This document shows positions 56,057 through 62,778 of a DNA stretch of 64,000 nt, in pieces. The first letter of the stretch is position 1, and each line of letters starts with the position of its first letter. Under the pieces are notes generated by a model. It was not told the origin of the DNA. It did no database searches and saw only the letters and a program-made list of their open reading frames with translations. Source of the stretch: Paludibacteraceae bacterium (GTDB taxonomy: Bacteria > Bacteroidota > Bacteroidia > Bacteroidales > Paludibacteraceae); assembly GCA_045590995.1 (NCBI GenBank), contig JAZNRY010000101.1:5823-69822 (forward strand). Reading direction: 5' to 3'. The position numbers and the translations under genes are program-made.

Positions 56057-57166
56057 ATGGCAACGCTCACTCCTATTTTTTCGCAGGCGGAGATTTGTAC
56101 CGCGCAAGAGTTTATCAATCAGTCGAATAACATAGTTATTCTCACGCATATGTCGCCTGACGGCGATGCGATGGGGTCATCGTTGGCAATGCGCCATTTC
56201 TTAGAGGCGCAGGGCAAGCATGTGTCAGTGATTGTGCCGAATGCTTTTCCTGATTTTTTGGCTTGGTTGCCCAAGGCCAATGAGGATATTATTTACGAGA
56301 CGCATCGTGCAGAGGCAGACGCGTTGCTGGAGCAGGCAGATTTGGTCATTTGCACCGATTTCAACGAGCCAAAGCGCATTGGCTCGTTGGGCGATAAGCT
56401 CCTCTCGCTCACCTGTAAGAAGATGATGATTGACCACCATCTCCACCCAGCCGATTTCCCCGATTTGACCCTGTCTTATCCCTCTTCCCCCTCCACCTGC
56501 GAACTCGTATATCGATTAATAACATCCCTATCGCCAATAACCAATAGCCCGCAGGGCGTCCCATATCCAATAGGCGGAACGCCGTCCATTAACCAGAATA
56601 TAGCCACTTGCATCTATACGGGCATGATGACCGATACGGGCAATTTCTCTTTCAATTCCAATTACCCTGAAATGTATCAAATTGTCGGTGAATTAGTGTC
56701 TTTTGGCGTGAATAAGGACGAGATTTACAACCGTGTCTTCAATGCTTATTCGGCGGATCGTATGCGCCTTATGGGTTATTGTTTGTATCAGAAGATGCGT
56801 ATTTTCCCAGAGTGTCATACGGCGCTCATTTATTTGAGCCGCAAAGAGTTGTATCGTTTCAATTTCCAGTCGGGTGATGCAGAGGGTATTGTGAACTTGC
56901 CTTTGCAGATTAAGGATATTCACTATTCTTGTTTCATGCGCGAGGACAAGGTCAATCCTACCGAAGTGGCGTTAGCGGGAGGCAGCAAGACCAAGATTAA
57001 GATCTCGCTCCGCAGTCAGGGTGACCGTCCTGTGAATGTCTTTGCAAAGGATATTTTCGGCGGTGGTGGTCACGCCAATGCTTCGGGTGGCGAGTATTAT
57101 GGTCCTCTTATCGAAGCGGTGCAATTGTTTATTGATAATTATCCGCAATATTTCGCCAAAGAATAG
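56057..57166 (+). CDS. nrnA: DHH/DHHA1 phosphoesterase (NrnA-like oligoribonuclease/pAp phosphatase)
   Basis: Trimmed to MATLTPIF (ATG 56057, after promoter 56002-56032). HMSPDGDAMGS, MMIDHH, GGGGHANASGG. It carries an in-frame repeat insert at 56534-56593. Confidence 0.75.
   Translation: MATLTPIFSQAEICTAQEFINQSNNIVILTHMSPDGDAMGSSLAMRHFLEAQGKHVSVIVPNAFPDFLAWLPKANEDIIYETHRAEADALLEQADLVICTDFNEPKRIGSLGDKLLSLTCKKMMIDHHLHPADFPDLTLSYPSSPSTCELVYRLITSLSPITNSPQGVPYPIGGTPSINQNIATCIYTGMMTDTGNFSFNSNYPEMYQIVGELVSFGVNKDEIYNRVFNAYSADRMRLMGYCLYQKMRIFPECHTALIYLSRKELYRFNFQSGDAEGIVNLPLQIKDIHYSCFMREDKVNPTEVALAGGSKTKIKISLRSQGDRPVNVFAKDIFGGGGHANASGGEYYGPLIEAVQLFIDNYPQYFAKE
56534..56593 (+). repeat. in-frame palindromic-unit repeat element (copy in nrnA-like gene)
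   Basis: Reverse complement of the recJ copy, about 45 of 49 nt identical. Translated as ITNSPQGVPYPIGGTPSI. Confidence 0.8.
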
Positions 57167-57194
57167 CGATTTTTCCCCAATTCATCGGTGTTTT

Positions 57195-57809
57195 TTATAG
57201 AATAGGGTATGCGGCATCTTCATCTCCGTCCACTGCGGGAGGATTGAAGTTGCGTTGTTTGGGCATACCTGATAGGCTGTTTGTCCACCATACCCACATG
57301 CCGAAGAGCATCAAGTAAAATAGGTACTTGAATATATAGCTGTGCATCAACTCAAACAATTCGGGGTGGTACTCTATAATCAATGTAATCAGTGCGATAC
57401 GCAGGACATTGAATAGGTATATAGCCACAAATCCCAATGGTATAAACCACAATTTGCGTAGCCATTTTCCGCGTGCTACGAGCATGATTATCAGCCAGAT
57501 GAACGCTTGTTTCAAGGCGGTGCAACTCCATACAATGCGCACGCTGGAACCGCTGTCGAAACGCAGGATATTGTTGGGCAACTGGTGAAGGGTGTCGCGC
57601 ACGAGGTGTACCGCCCAATAAACAGCATTAGCGATATGCGCAGCCAAAAAGTCAAACGGTGCGGTGATGTCTATTCCGAACCATGTCACTTGTTCGCCAC
57701 CTTCATCACCCATTACGGTAAACTTCCAGAAGAAGTTCGCCACTAACAACGCCACTACGAACAATAGTATGTTCACATACGGAGTAATATGTTTTTTCCA
57801 ATTTTTCAT
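57195..57809 (-). CDS. exosortase/archaeosortase family protein (XrtF-like size)
   Basis: 204 aa, polytopic. Candidate catalytic Cys in IVWSCTALKQ, Arg in FNVLRIAL, and His in ELMHSYIF. Confidence 0.55.
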   Translation of the reverse strand: MKNWKKHITPYVNILLFVVALLVANFFWKFTVMGDEGGEQVTWFGIDITAPFDFLAAHIANAVYWAVHLVRDTLHQLPNNILRFDSGSSVRIVWSCTALKQAFIWLIIMLVARGKWLRKLWFIPLGFVAIYLFNVLRIALITLIIEYHPELFELMHSYIFKYLFYLMLFGMWVWWTNSLSGMPKQRNFNPPAVDGDEDAAYPIL

Positions 57810-57973
57810 TCGCCAATTTATATATTTCGTTGTTTTTGTTTATTATTTCTTTCCGTGGCACAATGTTGGTGCCACGGATTAGTTGTCTCTGTTGTCGTCA
57901 ATCCAATTCCCTTGTCGCTCGCAGGATTATTGTTTGCGAGCGGACATTGTCGCCATTGTCGTCCTTCCGTCCC

Positions 57974-59002
57974 TTAAATCCTTGTCTTCGCATACGGTGC
58001 CGCATCCACGGGACAGAACTCTCTCTTCAGGTACTTATAGTACCCTGCTTGCGCCACCATCGCGGCATTGTCCGTCGTGTAGGCAAACGGTGGGATATGC
58101 ACTTTCCAGTGATGGCGTTTGCCCAAGTCAAGGAGTGCATCGCGCAGTCCGCTGTTGGCGCTCACGCCGCCTGCCACGGCAATCTCTTTTATCCCCATAT
58201 CCTTGGCTGCTTGCTTCAGCTTATTGATAAGAATATCAATGATGGTCTTCTGCAACGAAGCGCACAAATCCGCTTTGTGTTCCTCGATGAAATCGGGATT
58301 TTCTTTCAGTTGGTCGCGCAGGAAATAGAGGAACGAGGTCTTCAGTCCCGAGAACGAGTAGTTGTATTCGGGTATATGGGGTTTGCTGAATTGGAACGCC
58401 TCGGCATTGCCTTCTTTGGCAAGTCGGTCTATCCATGGTCCGCCGGGGTAGGGCAGTCCCATGATCTTCGCGCACTTGTCGAACGCTTCGCCTGCGGCGT
58501 CATCAATCGTCTGTCCGATGATCTCCATGGTGTAGTGGTCTTTTACCAGCACAATCTGACTATTTCCCCCACTCACCAACAAACACAGAAAAGGGAAGCC
58601 TGGCTCCCGGTTCCCGGTATCCGTGCCTTTCGCCTCGATGAAATGGGCTAAAATATGCGCTTGCAGGTGGTTCACTTCCACCAGTGGTATGTCTTGTGCG
58701 AGTGCCAATCCTTTGGCGAAACTGGTGCCTACCAGCAGGCTACCCAACAACCCAGGTCCTCGTGTGAAGGCAATCGCGCTCAGTTGGTCTGCCGTCACGC
58801 CTGCGCGTTTGAGGGCGGCATCTACTACGGGTACGATGTTCAGTTGGTGCGCACGGCTGGCGAGTTCGGGTACTACGCCGCCGAACTCCTCGTGTACGCC
58901 TTGCGAAGCGGTCACATTGCTCAATAGCAGCCCATCACGAATGACTGCTGCCGAGGTGTCGTCGCAACTCGATTCTATCGCTAAAATAATGGTCTCTTTC
59001 AT
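57974..59002 (-). CDS. tsaD: tRNA N6-adenosine threonylcarbamoyltransferase
   Basis: ILAIESSCDDTSAAV, GVVPELASRAH, LLVSGG, GGVSAN. Confidence 0.95.
   Translation of the reverse strand: MKETIILAIESSCDDTSAAVIRDGLLLSNVTASQGVHEEFGGVVPELASRAHQLNIVPVVDAALKRAGVTADQLSAIAFTRGPGLLGSLLVGTSFAKGLALAQDIPLVEVNHLQAHILAHFIEAKGTDTGNREPGFPFLCLLVSGGNSQIVLVKDHYTMEIIGQTIDDAAGEAFDKCAKIMGLPYPGGPWIDRLAKEGNAEAFQFSKPHIPEYNYSFSGLKTSFLYFLRDQLKENPDFIEEHKADLCASLQKTIIDILINKLKQAAKDMGIKEIAVAGGVSANSGLRDALLDLGKRHHWKVHIPPFAYTTDNAAMVAQAGYYKYLKREFCPVDAAPYAKTRI
58604..58624 (-). repeat. three tandem 7-mers (21 nt, in frame) inside tsaD
   Basis: CTCCCGG TTCCCGG TATCCGT. Encodes part of GTDTGNREPG, just before the conserved FPFL..VSGG. 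Confidence 0.45.
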
Positions 59003-59089
59003 ATCAATCCCATTTATGTATTGGCTATATTGTTATTGTTGGTTCTAATATTGTTGTTGATTGTTAATAGTCTTATTTTTCTCCCATGA

Positions 59090-59114
59090 GCGCGCAATGT
59101 GTTGTTTTGCGCGC
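59090..59114. repeat. GC-hairpin repeat, copy f (upstream of tsaD)
   Basis: GCGCGCAA-tgtgttgtt-TTGCGCGC, flanked by GTTGTT-rich tracts. Confidence 0.7.
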
Positions 59115-59154
59115 AATGTATTGTTGACTTATGTTGTTGTCTTAAATATCCCCT

Positions 59155-59496
59155 TTATTTCTTCGGATACAGCAATCGGAACACGAAGGTGCGCAACGAA
59201 GCGCATGGTTGTTTCTTTCGTTTGCGTGATTCGGTTATGTGTTTGCGGAAAAGCTGTTCGTATTCAGCGCGTTGTGTAGGGTCAGCCAACTGCGAGTCCA
59301 CCTCTTTCCATGTGTCACGAAAGCGTGCTTGCGCTTGTTGTTGTGCCTCGGTGGGGGTGTCCACGCGATTGGGGTACTCCATGCCTATGCCGTATAATTG
59401 TCCTGTGTGTTTGTTTGCACGGATATAAATGCGCTCATTACGGATGAACTTGCCCGTTATTGAGGCAAATGGGGAAGATGGTGTAATTTTTGACAT
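59155..59496 (-). CDS. small basic protein, paralogue family member P3
   Basis: Start moved to MSKITPSSPFASITGKF (ATG 59496). This aligns with P2 MAKILLDAPIAAVAGSI, and the ATG at 59523 abuts a GC hairpin. 113 aa. Confidence 0.55.
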   Translation of the reverse strand: MSKITPSSPFASITGKFIRNERIYIRANKHTGQLYGIGMEYPNRVDTPTEAQQQAQARFRDTWKEVDSQLADPTQRAEYEQLFRKHITESRKRKKQPCASLRTFVFRLLYPKK

Positions 59497-59525
59497 AAGA
59501 TGATTATTACTAATATTTCCCATGA

Positions 59526-59550
59526 GCGCGCAATGTGTTGTTTTGCGCGC
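59526..59550. repeat. GC-hairpin repeat, copy g (between P2 and P3)
   Basis: GCGCGCAA-tgtgttgtt-TTGCGCGC, then AAGTTGTTTAAGTTGTT. Confidence 0.7.
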
Positions 59551-59604
59551 AAATGTTGTTGGATTAAGTTGTTTAAGTTGTTGATTAAAATAATTCTTTT
59601 TGTT

Positions 59605-59997
59605 TTATTCCTGCTCTTTCGCTTGGGTGTGTAGGGTGTGGAATATATACCCGTATAGTGTCCTAATGACGGACTTTCGGCGCGATGAATAGGGCAAATA
59701 GTCGTTTGATGAAGCGGAGCGTTTGTACGATGGATTATGTTTCTTCGTGTATGCAGCAAACTCTTTTTCCCATTTTGTGCGTTTTGCTGGGTCTGCCATT
59801 TCGGCGTGTACTTGTTTAGAAATCTCGCCGAACAGTGATGAGTTGCGTTTTTGTGTTTCCGATGGGGGTTGCTCATTGGGGTGCATGACTATATAGGCAT
59901 GGGTACGACCATTGCGCATACGATAAACCACTTGTTGGTGTTTGGATATCGAACCAGCCACCGCTGCTATAGGAGCATCAAGAAGAATTTTTGCCAT
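59605..59997 (-). CDS. small basic protein, paralogue family member P2
   Basis: 130 aa. MAKILLDAPIAAVAGSISKHQQVVYRMRNG...PSETQKRNSSLFGEISKQVHAEMADPAKRTKWEKEF...VIRTLYGYIF. Preceded by a ~420-nt conserved leader. Confidence 0.6.
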   Translation of the reverse strand: MAKILLDAPIAAVAGSISKHQQVVYRMRNGRTHAYIVMHPNEQPPSETQKRNSSLFGEISKQVHAEMADPAKRTKWEKEFAAYTKKHNPSYKRSASSNDYLPYSSRRKSVIRTLYGYIFHTLHTQAKEQE

Positions 59998-59999
59998 AA

Positions 60000-60416
60000 T
60001 TGTTTATATTGTTGTTTATAGTTTGCTTTTAGTTTTGGGATTTATATACTTGTTGACCCTTTGTGTTATTCCCGCCACATTTACTGAAGATTTAGTCGTA
60101 CGATCATCGCTCAAGGTCTATCGGGGTCCCCGAAAATTTTTAATTTTTGGGGAGAGGAGAAATGGCGGCAAGCCAAACTCGCACGCGAGTTTCATCTTGC
60201 AAGCCCATTTCGACGAAGGAGACGGTGGTAATATATTACGGAGTACCTCGTAAAAGCGCGGCTTAAGTGTGGCAAAAAGATTTATTTAGATTTCTGCCCG
60301 CAGGGCAAGGAGATATTCAGTGTCACCATGCCTAATAATTCGCTTCATTCGCCGTTCCAAATAAATAATTTTGGTTAATCTTCTATAATTTTGGTAGCGC
60401 AAATCACTTTCGCCTG
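60000..60416 (-). ncRNA. conserved noncoding leader block, copy B, with a 100-nt structured insert
   Basis: Begins right after the consensus promoter at 60417-60448. Homologous to copy A, except that 60117-60216 replaces 7 nt of copy A. Confidence 0.4.
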
Positions 60417-60448
60417 CAAAGGTACTAAAATTCACGGACATCACCAAA
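60417..60448 (-). promoter_or_regulatory. promoter of conserved leader B and the P2-P3 genes
   Basis: Reverse-strand TACCTTTG at 60417-60424 and TTTG at 60445-60448. Confidence 0.55.
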
Positions 60449-60499
60449 TTTTTTGCCGAAAAAATACAATTTTTGTTACTTTTTTGCATCGTGTCTGTT

Positions 60500-60609
60500 C
60501 CGATAGATAACCGATACATAACCGATACATTACCGACACATAACCGATACATATGAATACCCCGTGAATACTCCCCGAATACTCTGCGAATATCCCATGA
60601 ATACCCCTA
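60500..60609. repeat. 11-bp-period array, ten units of two sequence types
   Basis: CCGATAGATAA, CCGATACATAA, CCGATACATTA, CCGACACATAA, CCGATACATAT, then GAATACCCCGT, GAATACTCCCC, GAATACTCTGC, GAATATCCCAT, GAATACCCCTA. Confidence 0.85.
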
Positions 60610-60909
60610 TCTTTAGATCCCTATGGGAGCAGCCTACCCTGCAAATACCCTCAAGCCACCTACATCCCCTTTCACCTTTCAGTTTTCAGTTTATATGTAC
60701 ATCGTCTCCAACCAAGTGCCTATGATGATTGATGTGCGTCAAAACATAGACACAGTGCCTATGTCCATGCTGATACATCCAGACTACCGAACCGAGAAAG
60801 CAGAGTTATTTCTACTTCTATCCAGAGTTGGTTCTCTGCCGCCAGCCACTGGATGCCAGCCACCAGCCGCCAAATGCTGGTTCCCAGCCGCCGGATGCCA
60901 GCTGCCCCT

Positions 60910-60943
60910 AAAAAAAGCCACCTTGTCTTTTCAACAAAGTGGC
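60910..60943 (-). terminator. intrinsic terminator downstream of tnaA and the tandem repeats
   Basis: Minus strand: AGCCACTTTG-N8-CAAGGTGGCT followed by T7. Confidence 0.55.
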
Positions 60944-60957
60944 TTCTTTATCCCTTG

Positions 60958-60983
60958 CCGCGGCAGGGAGTTGATTGCCGCGG
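60958..60983. repeat. GC-hairpin repeat, copy d
   Basis: CCGCGGCA-gggagttgat-TGCCGCGG. The reverse complement has the same loop as copy c. Confidence 0.7.
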
Positions 60984-61237
60984 AATGTTGTCTATGTTGT
61001 CTTCTTAACCAACGGCACTCCTTGTCTCCGTGTCCATCCGTGCCATCCGTGGGATGTTATATCTCCTTGCCGCAGATCATTGTTGGCGAATCGGAAGAGT
61101 TGTCTATGTTGTCTTCTTAACCACCCGATTCCTTGTCTCCGTGTCCATCCGTGTCATCCGTGGGCGGTTATATCTCCTTGCCGCAGATCATTGTTGGCGA
61201 ATCGGGAATGTTGTCTATGTCGTCTTCCAAAAACTTA
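60983..61237. repeat. tandem repeat, ~111-112 bp unit, about 2.2 copies
   Basis: TTGTCTATG starts at 60988, 61100 and 61211. Each unit contains CCATCCGTG subrepeats and ATATCTCCTTGCCGCAGATC. Confidence 0.85.
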
Positions 61238-61241
61238 CACC

Positions 61242-62621
61242 TTACTTTCCCAAACGCTTCAATTCAACGGTGAAATGGCGCATTAGCGGTGCTTCTTTCG
61301 TAATCGCCAAACCGCGAGTGATACTCTCACGGCGGTCATAGACATTCTTCAGAGCAGCAGCAATCACCTTCATATGGTTGTCGGTATAAACGCGGCGAGG
61401 GATACACAATCGCACCAAGTCCAGTCCGCCAAAGCGGTTCTCTCTTGTTACAGGATCTCTATCCGCCAAGATATAACCTATCTCACACGCACGAATACCT
61501 GCCTCCAAGTACAATTCGCAGGTCAATGTCTGCGCAGGGAACTCCTCAATAGGCACATGGGTCAGCACCTTATCCGCATCCACGAAGATAGCGTGACCAC
61601 CTGCAGGGCGTTGGTAAGGAATGCCGTATTCATCGAGCAACTCAGCCAAATACTCCACCTGATGAATACGCGTTTGCAACATGTCAAACTGCGTGTTTTC
61701 CTCCAATCCAACGGCCAAAGCAGCCATATCGCGACCGTTCATACCGCCATAGGTGATAAAGCCCTCGTATGGGATACAATAGCGTTTGCAACCTTCGTAC
61801 CAATCCTCGCGATTAGTAGCGATGAATCCGCCCATATTCACGATTCCGTCCTTCTTAGCGGACATGGTCATGCTATCGGCATAGGAGAACATCTCTTTGG
61901 CAATCTCCTGAATACTCTTGTCTGCATAACCTTCCTCGCGGGTCTTGATGAAATACGCATTCTCCGCAAAGCGCGCAGAGTCCATATTCACAGGTACGCC
62001 ATACTTATGGCACAGCTCGCATGTCTCGCGGATATTCTTCATCGAAACGGGCTGTCCGCCTACAGTATTATTCGTTACGGTCAGCACCATAAATGGCACA
62101 TTGCCTGGGTTGTCTTTCAGCAATTGCTCCAGATGCTCTAAGTCCACATTACCCTTGAAAGGAATCTCCAATTGGGTGTTCTTCGCCTCTTTGATAGTTA
62201 CATCAAAAGCGTGTGCCTTGCGTGCCTCAATATGCCCTTTTGTCGTATCGAAATGCGCATTACCAGGGATGACATGTCCCTCTTTCACAAGGTGAGAGAA
62301 GAGTACATTCTCCGCCGCACGACCTTGGTGCGTTGGGATAACATACTGAAAACCGGTGATACGAGTGATTGTGTCCTTCAGTTCGAAGAACGACTTACTA
62401 CCCGAATAACTCTCATCGCCGAGCATCAATGCAGCCCATTGGCGGTCGGACATAGCGCCTGTACCCGAGTCGGTCAAAAGGTCAATGTAAACTTGCTCGC
62501 TGCGGAGCATAAAGATGTTGTTCTTAGCTTCTTTCAGCCATTGTTCGCGCTCTGCGCGGGTGGATTTGCGGATGGGTTCTACCATCTTAATCTTCCACGA
62601 TTCAGCAAAAGGTAATTCCAT
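61242..62621 (-). CDS. tnaA: tryptophanase (beta-eliminating lyase)
   Basis: 459 aa. IDLLTDSGTGAMS, DSARFAENAYFIK, the MSAKKDG PLP-Lys motif, GGHAIFVDA. Closer to TnaA than to tyrosine phenol-lyase as I remember the two sequences. Confidence 0.85.
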   Translation of the reverse strand: MELPFAESWKIKMVEPIRKSTRAEREQWLKEAKNNIFMLRSEQVYIDLLTDSGTGAMSDRQWAALMLGDESYSGSKSFFELKDTITRITGFQYVIPTHQGRAAENVLFSHLVKEGHVIPGNAHFDTTKGHIEARKAHAFDVTIKEAKNTQLEIPFKGNVDLEHLEQLLKDNPGNVPFMVLTVTNNTVGGQPVSMKNIRETCELCHKYGVPVNMDSARFAENAYFIKTREEGYADKSIQEIAKEMFSYADSMTMSAKKDGIVNMGGFIATNREDWYEGCKRYCIPYEGFITYGGMNGRDMAALAVGLEENTQFDMLQTRIHQVEYLAELLDEYGIPYQRPAGGHAIFVDADKVLTHVPIEEFPAQTLTCELYLEAGIRACEIGYILADRDPVTRENRFGGLDLVRLCIPRRVYTDNHMKVIAAALKNVYDRRESITRGLAITKEAPLMRHFTVELKRLGK

Positions 62622-62656
62622 GGTATTTGTATTGATTAAAAAGTTTTAAGGGTGTG

Positions 62657-62688
62657 CAAAAGTACTACTTTTTTTTGAAATATGCAAA
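62657..62688 (-). promoter_or_regulatory. tnaA promoter
   Basis: Reverse-strand TACTTTTG at 62657-62664 and TTTG at 62685-62688. Confidence 0.6.
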
Positions 62689-62702
62689 AAAATAAATGAA
62701 TA

Positions 62703-62734
62703 TTTGTGTATATCCTTTTTTTTTTGTACTTTTG
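62703..62734 (+). promoter_or_regulatory. waaA promoter
   Basis: TTTG at 62703-62706 and TACTTTTG at 62727-62734. Confidence 0.6.
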
Positions 62735-62778
62735 CGCGGTATTTTGTATATTCCCCTTGTTATGGGGGTAAAGAAACT

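Noticed and set aside
60286-60552. 88-aa ORF on the minus strand
   Set aside because: It spans the 11-bp array, the promoter at 60417-60448 and the start of leader B. The repeated MYRL peptide merely reflects the DNA repeat.
29471-60983. Composite transposon bounded by inverted GC-hairpin copies c and d
   Set aside because: The hairpin is multi-copy (at least six copies here) and the interior is core housekeeping DNA. The inverted arrangement is more simply explained by a dispersed repeat.
60500-61237. Possible CRISPR array
   Set aside because: The units are contiguous 11-mers or 111-bp tandem copies with no unique spacers. There are no cas genes in the window.
60623-61341. Three overlapping 103-165-aa ORFs
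   Set aside because: They are translations of the GC-rich block and the 111-bp tandem repeat in different frames. There is no promoter and no protein-like composition.
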